From contig DOEE01000003.1 in assembly GCA_003524095.1 (NCBI GenBank), positions 160,785 to 224,784 of the forward strand: 64,000 nucleotides of DNA, given 5' to 3'. The stretch comes from Clostridiales bacterium. Lineage in GTDB: Bacteria; Bacillota; Clostridia; Christensenellales; UBA1242. How positions within the stretch are numbered: the first letter of the stretch is position 1; each line of letters starts with the position of its first letter. The position numbers and the translations under genes are program-made. The notes beneath the pieces are model-generated. The model ran no database searches. It saw only the letters and a list, made by a program, of their open reading frames with translations, and was not told the origin of the DNA. Below, piece after piece: positions 46,506 through 57,416 of this stretch.

Positions 46506-47492
46506 TTATGCATTGTCACTAAGTATAGACAAGGCATAAGAGTTATTAACAACAGATGCAAATGGAACGTCTGCAGTTAAACTTCCAGCATTTTTGATAA
46601 CTTTGATTAAGTTGTTGTATGCGACTTCGGTCATAACCGGAGTGCTATTCCAAGAATCAATAGCAATATACTTTTGGATACTATTTTTGATTGATGCATC
46701 ACTAGTTCCGCCAAATGATGGTCTAAGAGAATCAACCAAGTCATCAAGACTTGCAGTCATCAAATAGTTATAGCCTTTCATAATGGCTCTTAAAAAATTC
46801 TTGATAGTATCAGTGTTTGCTTCGATATAACTTGTGTTGGCAGTAAATGCTGTGTATGGGATTTCGCCAGTTTCAGCACCAACACTAGCCAAAATATGTC
46901 CACGTCCACTTTCTACAATTGCACTTGCAGCGGGTTCAAATGCTGTAACAAAATCGCCAGTTCCGCCAATAAATGCACTTGTTAAATTATCAAAAGCGAC
47001 ATCATAATTGATTGTGCAATTTTCAACTCCATTCTTTTCTATGGCATATTCCAATGTCATAGCCGGAACACCACCACGTCGACCACCTAGAATTTCTTTG
47101 TTTGCTAGCATATTCCAACTAAAGTTGTCTGTCGCTTCCCTTCCAATAATAAATGAACCATCACGTTTGGTTAATTGACCAAATACAACCGGCATATCCT
47201 TTTTGCCTTGATTTGCAACATATATTGTGGCTTCTGGTCCCATCAAAGCAATATCTGCTGACTTACTTACAAGTGCGGACATACATTTGTCTGCCCCGCC
47301 ACCGTTTGAAAGTTCGATATTGATATCATATTCTTCAAAATATCCTTTGTTTATGGCGATATAAAGTGGGGCATAGAAAATACTATGAGTCACTTCACAA
47401 AGCCTAATTGTATTTTTGTCTTTGTTGCAACCCACAAAACAAAATGGCATTGCAAAAAACAAACAAAATAATGCAATAAAAAACTTTTTCAT
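46506..47492 (-). CDS. ABC substrate-binding lipoprotein, NMT1/THI5-like (SsuA-like)
   Basis: GGAGGA RBS. Lipobox FCFVGC. KGYFEEYDINIELSNGGGADK..SADIALMG. Confidence 0.8.
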   Translation of the reverse strand: MKKFFIALFCLFFAMPFCFVGCNKDKNTIRLCEVTHSIFYAPLYIAINKGYFEEYDINIELSNGGGADKCMSALVSKSADIALMGPEATIYVANQGKKDMPVVFGQLTKRDGSFIIGREATDNFSWNMLANKEILGGRRGGVPAMTLEYAIEKNGVENCTINYDVAFDNLTSAFIGGTGDFVTAFEPAASAIVESGRGHILASVGAETGEIPYTAFTANTSYIEANTDTIKNFLRAIMKGYNYLMTASLDDLVDSLRPSFGGTSDASIKNSIQKYIAIDSWNSTPVMTEVAYNNLIKVIKNAGSLTADVPFASVVNNSYALSILSDNA

Positions 47493-47735
47493 ATAATCCT
47501 CCAATCTTTTGCATTACCTTAATATATTCAAAAAATATTCTTTTTGTTAGTTTTTGTATTGGAATTATTAACTCAAAAATATATAAATTACATATTTATT
47601 AATTATTTTATTTCAAAATAGGCTTGTATTTTTAAAATAATTTTGTTATACTTAACTTGAAATATTATGTTTTGACTGTGTTTTAAATGGGCTTAACATT
47701 TTAAAACTATAAAGTTAAATATTTAGGAGTAGGAT

Positions 47736-47990
47736 ATGAGTAATTTATTAGGTGTTTTTCAAACTTTTGGAGAAAACTTTGTAAGACGTCTTCAAATGCC
47801 ATCTATCATTATTGCATTGGTTTTTGCAGTCATCGGTGTGTCACTTGCAGTGCTTGGAAGACGAGTTGCTAGAATGGTTAGAAAAACAAACGATATCAAA
47901 GATAATGACTCAGTGCTAATTACTTTCAAAGCAATTGGACTTGTGTGTTTGTTTATTTCTGTGTTGATTGTTGTATTTAGGGGAGTTTAA
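47736..47990 (+). CDS. small hypothetical membrane protein (84 aa)
   Basis: AGGAG RBS. Two TM helices. Confidence 0.5.
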   Translation: MSNLLGVFQTFGENFVRRLQMPSIIIALVFAVIGVSLAVLGRRVARMVRKTNDIKDNDSVLITFKAIGLVCLFISVLIVVFRGV

Positions 47991-47997
47991 TTAAAAA

Positions 47998-50577
47998 ATG
48001 GAAAAAACATATAATCCTAGCGAATTTGAAGCACAAATATATAATGCATGGCTAGGCAAAAAGTATTTTAGTGCAGAAGTTGACAAATCCAAAAAACCTT
48101 TTACTATTATAATGCCACCACCAAATATTACTAGTAAGTTGCATATGGGGCATGCTTTTCAACAAACCATTCAAGATATTATTATCCGTAGAAAGCGTAT
48201 GCAAGGATACAATGCGCTTTGGGTTCCTGGTACTGACCATGCTGCTTTGTCTACCGAATTCATGCTCTGCAAACAATTAGAACGTGAAGGTACTAGCAAG
48301 GAAGAATTGGGGCGAGAAAAGTTCAAAGAAAGAATTAACCAGTGGTATATAGATTACAAGGGTACAATTATTGACCAATTCAAGCGCATGGGGTATTCAT
48401 GTGATTGGGATAGACTTACTTTTACTATGGACGAAAAATCTTGCAAGGCTGTTAGGTCTGCATTTGTTCATTTGTACAAAAAAGGCTGGATTTACAAAGG
48501 TAAACGTATAGTTAATTGGTGTCCAAAGTGTCATAGTTCCATATCTGATGCCGAAGTTGAATTCAAAGATGTTCCAAGCCACCTTTGGCATATTAGATAT
48601 AGGATAGAAAATTCTAACGACTTTATTGAAGTGGCAACAACTAGACCAGAGACTATTTTGGGAGATACAGCGGTTGCGGTTAATCCAAATGACGTAAGAT
48701 ACAAAGATTTGGTTGGCAAAAACGTAATTTTGCCACTTGTTAACAAACTTATTCCAATAATTGCCGATGATTATGTCGAAATGGACTTTGGAACAGGTGT
48801 TGTCAAAATTACTCCAGCGCACGACCCAAATGACTTTGAAGTGGGACTTAGACATAATTTGGAAGTTATTAAGGTTATTGGCGATGACGGGGTTTTGAAT
48901 GAATTTGCGGGCAAGTATCAAGGTTTAAGTAGAGAACAAGCAAGAGACAAAATCGTTGAAGATTTGAAAGAATTCGGAAATCTTGTCAAAATCGAAGACT
49001 ACACACATAATGTTGGTCATTGCGAAAGATGTAAGACAATTATTGAACCACTTGTTTCGTCGCAATGGTTTGTCAAAATGGAAGAACTCGCTCGTCCTGC
49101 AATTGAAGCGGTTGAGAGTGGAGAAATTAAGTTTAAAGACGAACAATACAAAAAATCTTATCTTCATTGGATGAAAAACATCAAAGACTGGTGTATTTCT
49201 CGTCAAATTTGGTCGGGACATGATATTCCTTTGTTTACATGTCAAGATTGTGGCGAGATTATAGTAGAAATGGAAGACCCTACAGAGTGTCCAAAGTGTC
49301 ATAGCCATAACTTGCTTCAAGAACAAGATAAACTTGATACTTGGTTTAGTTCGGCTTTGTGGCCACTTACAACACTTGGCTATCCAGAAAAAACTCCGGA
49401 ACTTGAGTACTTTTATCCTACAAATGTAATGGTAACCGCTAGGGAAATTATCAACCTTTGGGTTGCTAGAATGATATTCTCAGGAATTGAATACGAAGGC
49501 AAAATTCCTTTCAAAGATATTGTTATCAATGGGATTGTCAAAGATATTAATGGCAAAAAGATGTCAAAAACACTTGGCAATGGAACTGACCCAGTTGAAA
49601 TGATAGAAAAATATGGAGTTGATGCTCTTAGATTTAGTTTGTTTGACGGGGTTGCTATTGAATCGGATAGTAGATTTAGCGAAAAGAAAGTTGAACTTAC
49701 AAGAAACTTCCTAAACAAAATTTGGAACGCATCTAAGTATGTTCTTATGCAAATCGAAGGTCATAATGTCAAAGATATTAAGGATGTTAATTTGACCTAT
49801 GCCGACCAGTGGATTTTAAATGAACTCAACAACACTATAACTAGTGTAAACAATAAATTTGAAAAATTTGATATAGGTCTTGCTGCAAGTGATTTAAACG
49901 ACTTTTTCTGGACAAAATTCTGCGATTGGTATATTGAACTTAGCAAATGTGAAATGCAAAGAAATCCCGAAAGCACTAGAGCCACTCTACTATATGTTCT
50001 CAAAAATACTTTGAAACTACTTCATCCATTTATTCCATTTATAACCGAAAAGATTTATTTGGAATTGCCACATGAGAGCGAAAGCATAATGGTGTCTAAG
50101 TGGCCTGAAGTTTGGGGCGAATTTGATACAACTATAATGGAAGAAATAATGAATGTCATAAGAGTAATTAGAAATACTCGTGCTGACAAAAAAGTTCCAG
50201 ATAACAAAAAGATTAATGCGGAAGTATTAATCAAAGGAAACAATGAACAAATTAATTTGTGCTTGGATTATATCTCAAAACTTGCATTAATTAACGAAAT
50301 TAAAGTTGTTAATAATGCGTGCGAGTTTGGTAGCAATGCAGTAATGCTTAACTTTAATGACTTGCAAGTTAATTTGCCACTAGATAGTATGGTGGATATG
50401 GTTGCCGAAAAAGAACGTGCCGAAAAGGTAATTGCAAAACTCAAATTTGAAATTGAACGTAGCGAAAAAATGCTAAATAATGCGGGATTTGTGTCTCATG
50501 CACCAGCAACTTTGATTGAAAATGAAAAGCAAAAATTACAAAAGAACAAAGCACTTCTTGAAGATTTGTTGAAATAA
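47998..50577 (+). CDS. valS: valine--tRNA ligase
   Basis: PPPNITSKLHMGHA (HIGH), KMSKTLGN (KMSKS), C-terminal coiled coil. 859 aa. Confidence 0.93.
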   Translation: MEKTYNPSEFEAQIYNAWLGKKYFSAEVDKSKKPFTIIMPPPNITSKLHMGHAFQQTIQDIIIRRKRMQGYNALWVPGTDHAALSTEFMLCKQLEREGTSKEELGREKFKERINQWYIDYKGTIIDQFKRMGYSCDWDRLTFTMDEKSCKAVRSAFVHLYKKGWIYKGKRIVNWCPKCHSSISDAEVEFKDVPSHLWHIRYRIENSNDFIEVATTRPETILGDTAVAVNPNDVRYKDLVGKNVILPLVNKLIPIIADDYVEMDFGTGVVKITPAHDPNDFEVGLRHNLEVIKVIGDDGVLNEFAGKYQGLSREQARDKIVEDLKEFGNLVKIEDYTHNVGHCERCKTIIEPLVSSQWFVKMEELARPAIEAVESGEIKFKDEQYKKSYLHWMKNIKDWCISRQIWSGHDIPLFTCQDCGEIIVEMEDPTECPKCHSHNLLQEQDKLDTWFSSALWPLTTLGYPEKTPELEYFYPTNVMVTAREIINLWVARMIFSGIEYEGKIPFKDIVINGIVKDINGKKMSKTLGNGTDPVEMIEKYGVDALRFSLFDGVAIESDSRFSEKKVELTRNFLNKIWNASKYVLMQIEGHNVKDIKDVNLTYADQWILNELNNTITSVNNKFEKFDIGLAASDLNDFFWTKFCDWYIELSKCEMQRNPESTRATLLYVLKNTLKLLHPFIPFITEKIYLELPHESESIMVSKWPEVWGEFDTTIMEEIMNVIRVIRNTRADKKVPDNKKINAEVLIKGNNEQINLCLDYISKLALINEIKVVNNACEFGSNAVMLNFNDLQVNLPLDSMVDMVAEKERAEKVIAKLKFEIERSEKMLNNAGFVSHAPATLIENEKQKLQKNKALLEDLLK

Positions 50578-50600
50578 TAAAAAAAGTGAATGTAATTGAT

Positions 50601-50640
50601 AAAGCACCGATTAATTTAAAAAAATTGGTGCTTTTTGTTT
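50601..50640 (+). terminator. valS terminator
   Basis: Stem aaagcacc(gatt)/(aatt)ggtgcttt followed by a T-run. Confidence 0.7.
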
Positions 50641-50694
50641 GCTAAAATTTGGCTTAGTTTGTAAAATATTAATGTTAACAAAAAAGGACAAACT

Positions 50695-51126
50695 ATGAAC
50701 GATTTTGATAAATACAAATATTTACTTGGAGAAACTATTTCTCTTTATCAATTTATGGAAAATGATTTAAAACTAATTTATGCTGGGATGCTTAAAGGAA
50801 ATTTTTACAAAAATATCGAGTATGTAAGGAGTGAATACAAAGGTCTTGGCATGGTTATTAAGGCGCTAGAACAACTAGATAATAGCGATAATACTCCTTA
50901 TTTTTCAAGAGAAACATATTTTTTGCTTAGCAAACTTGCAAGACAAAGAAATTATTATTGTCATCAATGTTGTATGGATTTTGCATATATTCCAGATTTT
51001 GAAAAATCCATTGAATTCAAAGATAGTTTAGGCACACTTATGGATACTAACAAGGCAATCAAAAATGTTCAGTCTCAAATCGAAGTCCACAAAAATAATG
51101 TACTAAGCAGATTTAATAGGGTTTAA
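50695..51126 (+). CDS. hypothetical all-alpha protein with RNxxxH (HEPN-like) motif
   Basis: 143 aa. LARQRNYYCHQ contains R-N-x3-H. Bracketed by terminators on both sides. Confidence 0.45.
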   Translation: MNDFDKYKYLLGETISLYQFMENDLKLIYAGMLKGNFYKNIEYVRSEYKGLGMVIKALEQLDNSDNTPYFSRETYFLLSKLARQRNYYCHQCCMDFAYIPDFEKSIEFKDSLGTLMDTNKAIKNVQSQIEVHKNNVLSRFNRV

Positions 51127-51133
51127 TTAAAAT

Positions 51134-51164
51134 GAAAAAAACGTCTCAAAATGAGACGTTTTTA
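51134..51164. terminator. bidirectional terminator
   Basis: aaaaaaa-cgtctc-aaaat-gagacg-ttttt. Confidence 0.8.
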
Positions 51165-51172
51165 ATAAATTT

Positions 51173-51421
51173 TTATTTGTTTTCGTCTAAATATTTTTGC
51201 ATGGCTAAAGCCAATTGGTCGGGGCAGGATGTTCCATTTCGACACTGAATTCCTTTGAGTCTTTCGATTACTTGACTTGGAGTTAATCCTATGACTAGTT
51301 TAGAAAGTCCTTGGGTATTTCCGGTACACCCGCCAACAAACTCGCACGAAGTAATTTTTCCGTCAGAAACATCGAATAATATTTTTCTGGAACACACATT
51401 TTTTGGAACAAATGTAAACAT
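51173..51421 (-). CDS. TSCPD domain protein (TIGR03905-like 4-Cys family)
   Basis: 82 aa. CSRKI..., FVGGCTGN, GTSCPDQLA motifs. Confidence 0.75.
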   Translation of the reverse strand: MFTFVPKNVCSRKILFDVSDGKITSCEFVGGCTGNTQGLSKLVIGLTPSQVIERLKGIQCRNGTSCPDQLALAMQKYLDENK

Positions 51422-51438
51422 AAGTTTCTCCTTTGTAG

Positions 51439-51975
51439 TTAGTTATCTAACAAATTTTCGTAGATATTTTCGTATATAACTGGTGCTTTTTCTGTCCAAC
51501 GACGTGAAGCCTCGACAGCCGATTGTCTAGTAGGTGCTTTTAGTTGAATTTCCAGCAAGGAATTTGTCATCGCAGGTTCTTTTATTTTGAAAGTCACATA
51601 GTAAGTTCCGTCTGGATTTTTGGAGTATTCAGACACATATTCTTGACTACGTTTGAGATTCATTCTGTTTTCTTGGGCATATGTTGTTATTCTTTCTCGC
51701 ATATCTTGGGGAATTCTATAATAAAAATGACTCAAACAGTTTCTTCCGTCAAATGTAATCGTATATCTAGTTTCTTCGCCTTTAACTTTTTCTTCACAAA
51801 TAAACTTAACACTGAGTAGTTCGTACATCGCTTCCTTGACATCAAGATAAGTAAACCAATTGTTTGAACTTGTACAAATGTCAATTATGTTATTTTCTGT
51901 CAAAGGGATTTCCATTTTGTCTAGCACAAATAGTAATTTTAGTTTGTGAATGGTGTTGTCTTGCTCAAAATCCAT
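51439..51975 (-). CDS. hypothetical protein, possibly DUF4364-type winged-helix regulator
   Basis: GGAGA RBS before the ATG at 51975. Size and N-terminal KLKLLFVLDKMEIPLTENNI fit that Clostridial family. Family assignment comes from memory only. Confidence 0.45.
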   Translation of the reverse strand: MDFEQDNTIHKLKLLFVLDKMEIPLTENNIIDICTSSNNWFTYLDVKEAMYELLSVKFICEEKVKGEETRYTITFDGRNCLSHFYYRIPQDMRERITTYAQENRMNLKRSQEYVSEYSKNPDGTYYVTFKIKEPAMTNSLLEIQLKAPTRQSAVEASRRWTEKAPVIYENIYENLLDN

Positions 51976-52146
51976 AATTTCTCCGTAGTTTTTTGTATTT
52001 CGTACATATTTTAGCACAAAATATTCTTAAATGCTAAATAAAATGACAACTTTTTTGAAATCATCAAAAAAAATACTCATAAATATTTTATTTTGTTTGT
52101 TAAAATAACAAAATTATAATACAATATAATTACAAAAGGGGAGTTT

Positions 52147-52923
52147 ATGGTAACTAACGAAGAAATACAAAATATTGTAGATTTTTATAAAGCCTGCGAT
52201 GAAATGATTGAAGGCAGATTTATTTTGTCGGATACCAAAGTCGCAAATATTCTCAAATGCGTTGTCAAGTCTACAACAATATATAATCTTTATTCAAATT
52301 GTATGAAAGACTTTAAGTTTAAACAAGTTTTGGAAAGAAGTTTGGCAAGCAATCCAAATAATGGTGGTTATTTTGTAATGAGCGATGATGAAAAAGAAAT
52401 CGTTGCTTTTGTTACATGTCTACTTTTGGAAGTGGACAAAAAGAATATAAACTTGCAAACTTTTGTAACAGAAAATTTCTTTAGTCAAGACGGATATAAT
52501 ATTAGTTATAGCAATTTTGCGTTGACGGTACTCGTTGCGTATAAAACCGCTGTCAAAAATCTAATTGGTGTTGACGAAAATGGAAATCAAGACACAACGG
52601 AAGACTTGAGTCAAAGCCAAATCACAATGGACGAAACAATTGATGCTATTGAAACAGATAAAAATACAAAAATTCTCTTTGCAAACTTGATGATGAGCAT
52701 AAGCGAACTTAATAATGCCATAAATGACAACCATCATATCAAGTATGACGAAAAGGAAGAGTTGCTAATAGTTCTCAAGGCTTTGAGTAGGGCGGTTAAA
52801 CTCGAAGAACTTTTAATAATTAACGCACTTCTTGTTCCACTTGAGCATACTCTTTCAAAAAACAAAAAATTAAAAAAGTTATACGAAAATTTAAAAATGT
52901 TAATTGCGGATATTTATTATTAA
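52147..52923 (+). CDS. hypothetical protein
   Basis: GGGGAG RBS. 258-aa helical protein with no recognisable motif. Confidence 0.5.
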   Translation: MVTNEEIQNIVDFYKACDEMIEGRFILSDTKVANILKCVVKSTTIYNLYSNCMKDFKFKQVLERSLASNPNNGGYFVMSDDEKEIVAFVTCLLLEVDKKNINLQTFVTENFFSQDGYNISYSNFALTVLVAYKTAVKNLIGVDENGNQDTTEDLSQSQITMDETIDAIETDKNTKILFANLMMSISELNNAINDNHHIKYDEKEELLIVLKALSRAVKLEELLIINALLVPLEHTLSKNKKLKKLYENLKMLIADIYY

Positions 52924-53082
52924 AACACATGCAGGGTAGATTTATTATAAGTTTACTCTGTGTTTTTGTTTTTAAATCCAAATAATTAATATTTTAAGAA
53001 AACCAAAATTTGACATTCTGTAATATAGATATCAAAACTAGATTGATTAAAAAATTTAATTGTCAAAAATCTTTCGTTAATA

Positions 53083-54066
53083 TTAGATTTTTAAAATCAG
53101 AACAATCAACCAAGATATTAAGCCAGAAATAATAGCATGTGTGAGTTTTATTAGGAAAAACTTTTTGTAGGACATATCAAAATCCTTTAAATATGTAAAT
53201 GCCTGAGCGTGAATAGACAACCCGCCAAAGGATATAAGAAAAGTTCCCAAAATTGTCAGCATTTTGAAACTTAGTCCAGTTTGTCCAAGCATTATAGCGC
53301 CACTCGTCACTTCAATAATTCCACAGATAATAGATGTTGAAATACTGCTATCTACTCCAATAATTTCAAGTAAGTTACAAATAGGACTAAATATTTTCAA
53401 AGTATTCAAAATACTCAAAAGCATATAAAATAATGCTATAAATCCGCCAACAACCATAATAGACATTATGCTTGACGACATTGTTTCGTTTAGAATATTT
53501 TGTGGCTTGGAAGAATTAAATGATTGTATGCAGGTTATATCTTTTTTGTTTCGATACAATAGTCCATTTAGCATTGCTCCAAAAATATGCGAAATTAGCA
53601 TAATTATCCCGATACTAACGTTTCCAAACATGTTTGTCGCCACAGTTCCAATAATAAATAACGGACCAGAAGTGCTTGCAAACGAAGTTATTGTATGGGC
53701 TTCGGATTTGGAGATGTTTCCCGATTTGTATAAATCTGATGTTAGTTTTGCACCCACCGGATAACCAGATATTATACTCATAAGATAAATATATCCAGAT
53801 AGTCCGCCAACCCCATAGAGTTTTTGAGTGACGGGTGTCAAACTTTTGCTTAATGTTCCCAAAAAATCGCTATAAGACAAAAGTTTTGTTAGTATAAAAA
53901 ATGGAAGCAGTGCAGGCAATACACTTGTTGCCCAAATTCTAACGCCTTCAAAAAAAGAATTTGAAGCGGTTTTGGGCATAATTACAATTGTAATTATGCA
54001 GATACACAACAAACACACATAAGTTATTTTGAAAATATTTATTTTTTTTGTTGGGGTTTTTGTCAT
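53083..54066 (-). CDS. ylbJ: sporulation integral membrane protein YlbJ (nucleoside-recognition domain)
   Basis: N-terminal region EGVRIWATSVLPALLPFFILTKLL typical of YlbJ. Sits beside ylbK-like and ylbM-like genes. Confidence 0.75.
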   Translation of the reverse strand: MTKTPTKKINIFKITYVCLLCICIITIVIMPKTASNSFFEGVRIWATSVLPALLPFFILTKLLSYSDFLGTLSKSLTPVTQKLYGVGGLSGYIYLMSIISGYPVGAKLTSDLYKSGNISKSEAHTITSFASTSGPLFIIGTVATNMFGNVSIGIIMLISHIFGAMLNGLLYRNKKDITCIQSFNSSKPQNILNETMSSSIMSIMVVGGFIALFYMLLSILNTLKIFSPICNLLEIIGVDSSISTSIICGIIEVTSGAIMLGQTGLSFKMLTILGTFLISFGGLSIHAQAFTYLKDFDMSYKKFFLIKLTHAIISGLISWLIVLILKI

Positions 54067-54202
54067 TATATATTAAAATATGATTAAAAATAATATTGTA
54101 TTCGTGCGACAGAAGTTAATATGAAAATAATCCAAAATTTTTTGGTTTAAACATATTTAAAGTAATTTGCATATGATGAAAAAATTAGAAAAAGGGAAAA
54201 AT

Positions 54203-54979
54203 ATGAAAGATAAAAAAGTTGCATTAGTTTTGAGTGGTGGCTCGGCACTTGGATTTGCGCATGTTGGGGTAATTGATGTTTTGCAAAAATACAATGTTCC
54301 TATAGACATAATAGTGGGAACAAGTATGGGCGGACTTGTTGGTGCGGCATACGCTTCAGGCATGACTGTTCAAGAAATGACCAAGTTTGCATGTAAGTTT
54401 AGACGTATACATTTCTTTGATGTTAACTTTAATGCAAGCGGACTTTTTTCGGGCAAGGGTGTTATGCGAAATATTAACAAGTTTTTGCCGGACAAAAAAA
54501 TAGAGAATTGCAAGACAAAATTTGCTTGTGTTTCGTGCGATTTGCTTACTGAAAAGGAAGTGGTATTTAAATCTGGTAGCATTCGTGATGCGGTGAGATC
54601 TACACTGTCTATTCCCGGATTTTTCGTTCCTTTCAAAAAAGGCAACCAACTGCTTATAGATGGCGGATGTGTTAATAATATGCCAGATGATGTGGCAAAA
54701 AACCTTGGAGCAGACATAATAATTTCGGTCGACGTTTTGGAATTTTGCAAAGTTGAAACTAGACCAAAAAATGCAATTGAAACTCTAGTGGGGGCAATAA
54801 ATATACTCACAAAGTCTTTGCAAAATATTAAGGCTACAAATTCGGATATTATTTTAAGACCAAATCTAAAAGGTTTTACACAAATGAGTTTTGGAAAAAC
54901 TAACGCACTCAAAATTATAGAGAAAGGTCGAATTGAGACCGAAAAACACATAAATGAAATTTTGAAGTTGATAAACTAA
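54203..54979 (+). CDS. patatin-like phospholipase (YlbK-like)
   Basis: GGSALG oxyanion motif, GTSMG nucleophile elbow, DGG. AGGGAAA RBS favours the ATG at 54203. Confidence 0.85.
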   Translation: MKDKKVALVLSGGSALGFAHVGVIDVLQKYNVPIDIIVGTSMGGLVGAAYASGMTVQEMTKFACKFRRIHFFDVNFNASGLFSGKGVMRNINKFLPDKKIENCKTKFACVSCDLLTEKEVVFKSGSIRDAVRSTLSIPGFFVPFKKGNQLLIDGGCVNNMPDDVAKNLGADIIISVDVLEFCKVETRPKNAIETLVGAINILTKSLQNIKATNSDIILRPNLKGFTQMSFGKTNALKIIEKGRIETEKHINEILKLIN

Positions 54980-55013
54980 AAAAATTACTGGATTTAAGTC
55001 CAGTAATTTTTTG

Positions 55014-56276
55014 TTACATTTTGGTGTACTTGACACTTTGGGTATATAGGTCGGGTGCAAAGTTTGGAATAGTTTTGCTCTTTTTGAGAAGCAAATTAAA
55101 TACTGCATTTGCTCTATCTTCGATATTTGCAAGTGTCACATATTCTTCGCTTGGATTGCGTACAATATTGCTATTTCGAATGATTAGATTTGTATTAGCA
55201 CTAACCGAACTTAGACAATCCTTTTTTTCTGCATTAAATGCCAAAACTTTGATAAAGGGGAGTTTATCCATTTTGTAAATTTCAGAGACGATATTTTTGT
55301 CTATTTTCAAAAGTAGTCTAAGCACAATTCTTTTGAGTCTAGTGTATGTGTATCTTTTTGTTTTGACATCAAGAAGCAATTCATTAAAGTCTTTGAACTT
55401 TTTGGCACTTTCCAAAAACCTATTTTCAATTCCTTCGGATACATCATAAACATTTTTGTAATCACTAGCCAAACTTGTCTTGACAACATAAGAACAAAGG
55501 TCATTATATAAATTTAAGTCTGGTAAGCCAAATTCGTCTATGTCGTCTTTGAGAAGTTTGTAAGTAAATGATGGAACAAGTTTTTTGATTGCCCTAATTT
55601 TTTGTTTGCTAAGTAGTTTTGTTCTGATTGCGGTGGCACTACTATCTTTGCCATTAAGGTCGGCAGAATTATAATCGCTATTTGACCTAGTTGTAAAGAT
55701 TGGCTCAATTTTGCTTTTAGTTCTAATTAAGGCTTTGAGATATTCAATTGCAAGAATATTATTAGGCTTGGTAAGAATATTCAAAGTTTCGGTGATTTCA
55801 CTAAATTCAACTTTGTCTTCTTTCATAAGTTCTTCAATTGCTTTTTGACGACTAACCGGCAAACTATCTCCCAAATCTAAAAACTTTTTAAGTTTTTCTT
55901 TGTATTCTTTTGGTTCGTTTGCAAAATATTTGGCAATCTCTTTGAGAAGTTCAAAGTTTTCAGTCTCGCATCCAAAAGCAAGATGTGTAACATCGTCAAA
56001 CGAATTAGCAATTTTAACTCCCGCCAAAGCAAATATCTCCGCCGAACTGCAACAATATGCAGTAGGGATTTGAACAACAATATCTGCTCCAGCTTCTAAT
56101 GCCATTCTCGCTCTAACATATTTGTTTGTAATGGCGGGTTCGCCACGTTGAGTAAAGTTTCCTGCTTGAATGCACATTACAGCATCACAACCGCTTAGTT
56201 CCTTGGCTTTTTGGATATGATACAAATGTCCGTAGTGTAAGGGGTTGTATTCACAAATTATTGCACAGATTTTCAT
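55014..56276 (-). CDS. tmcAL: tRNA(Met) cytidine acetate ligase (YlbM/UPF0348 nucleotidyltransferase)
   Basis: N-terminal IICEYNPLHYGHLYHI (HIGH-like nucleotidyltransferase), 420 aa. ylb-region synteny. Confidence 0.8.
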   Translation of the reverse strand: MKICAIICEYNPLHYGHLYHIQKAKELSGCDAVMCIQAGNFTQRGEPAITNKYVRARMALEAGADIVVQIPTAYCCSSAEIFALAGVKIANSFDDVTHLAFGCETENFELLKEIAKYFANEPKEYKEKLKKFLDLGDSLPVSRQKAIEELMKEDKVEFSEITETLNILTKPNNILAIEYLKALIRTKSKIEPIFTTRSNSDYNSADLNGKDSSATAIRTKLLSKQKIRAIKKLVPSFTYKLLKDDIDEFGLPDLNLYNDLCSYVVKTSLASDYKNVYDVSEGIENRFLESAKKFKDFNELLLDVKTKRYTYTRLKRIVLRLLLKIDKNIVSEIYKMDKLPFIKVLAFNAEKKDCLSSVSANTNLIIRNSNIVRNPSEEYVTLANIEDRANAVFNLLLKKSKTIPNFAPDLYTQSVKYTKM

Positions 56277-56412
56277 ATTTACTCCTAAATTAATTTACAA
56301 TTTGATTAAATTTTAGTAAACTAAGTATGTTGAATTTTTGGTTAATTATTTAGTAAATTGTAATACAATTAACAAAATTTAACAAATAAATCTTTAAGGA
56401 TTTTGAATTTTT

Positions 56413-57399
56413 ATGAAAAAAACACAAACTTTGAGCGAATTATGGAAGGAAAAAGCCAAACAAAATTCTCGCACGATTGTTCTTCCTGAGGCGTATTTTA
56501 GCAAAAGAGTTTTGGATGCGGGACTGCTTGCTAGTACTCAAAAAATTGCAAAAATTATTTTGCTTACAGACAACGACGAATTTATTTCCAGTAATAATAT
56601 CGTCGAAAATGAGTATCTAAAAGTTGTTAACATCAAAACTCATGAAATAAGAGAAATGTTAAGTTCGGCACTCTATGAAAAACGCAAAGAAAAAGGGATT
56701 TCAAAAGAAGACGCAGACGCACTTATTCAAAACTCAGTATACTTTGGAACGATGATGGTTGACTTGGGTCTTGCTGATGGATTGGTTGCTGGAGCGGAGA
56801 TTGCAACAGCCGAAACTTTCAAACCTGCTTTTCAAATTATTAAAGGCAAGACAAAAGACACAAAAATTTCAAGTTTCTTTGTAATGACTAGAGATGATGA
56901 AACTTATATCCTTTCGGATTGTGGTGTTAATATTAATCCAACCGCCGAAGAGATTGTTGAGATAGCCAAACTTAGTGCAGAGTCTGCAAGAGTAATTGGC
57001 GGACTAGAAAATCCAAAGGTTGCACTTCTTAGTTATTCTACTCTTGGCAGTGCTGAAGGTGATGATGCAGTTAAGATGCGAACCGCCAAAGAACTTTTGA
57101 AAACTCAAAATGTAGATTTTGTGTTTGATGGCGAGATGCAACTAGATAGTGCAATTGTTCCTAGTGTTGCAAAACTCAAAGCACCAAATAGTCCTATCCA
57201 AGGCGACGCTAATGTTTTGATATTTCCAAATTTGTCTGCAGGTAATATCGGCTACAAAATTATGCAAAGATTTGGTGGATTTAGTGCAGTTGGCCCAATT
57301 GCTCAAGGCATGCGAAAACCTATTAACGATGTAAGTAGGGGTGCAAGTGTTCAAGATATAGTCGAAGCAATAGCAATTACAGTGCTTCAATGTGAATAA
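56413..57399 (+). CDS. pta: phosphate acetyltransferase
   Basis: 328 aa, typical short Pta (VLPEA..., DGEMQLDSA, GPIAQG). Followed by ackA. Confidence 0.9.
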   Translation: MKKTQTLSELWKEKAKQNSRTIVLPEAYFSKRVLDAGLLASTQKIAKIILLTDNDEFISSNNIVENEYLKVVNIKTHEIREMLSSALYEKRKEKGISKEDADALIQNSVYFGTMMVDLGLADGLVAGAEIATAETFKPAFQIIKGKTKDTKISSFFVMTRDDETYILSDCGVNINPTAEEIVEIAKLSAESARVIGGLENPKVALLSYSTLGSAEGDDAVKMRTAKELLKTQNVDFVFDGEMQLDSAIVPSVAKLKAPNSPIQGDANVLIFPNLSAGNIGYKIMQRFGGFSAVGPIAQGMRKPINDVSRGASVQDIVEAIAITVLQCE

Positions 57400-57416
57400 T
57401 TTTTTAGGAGATTTTT

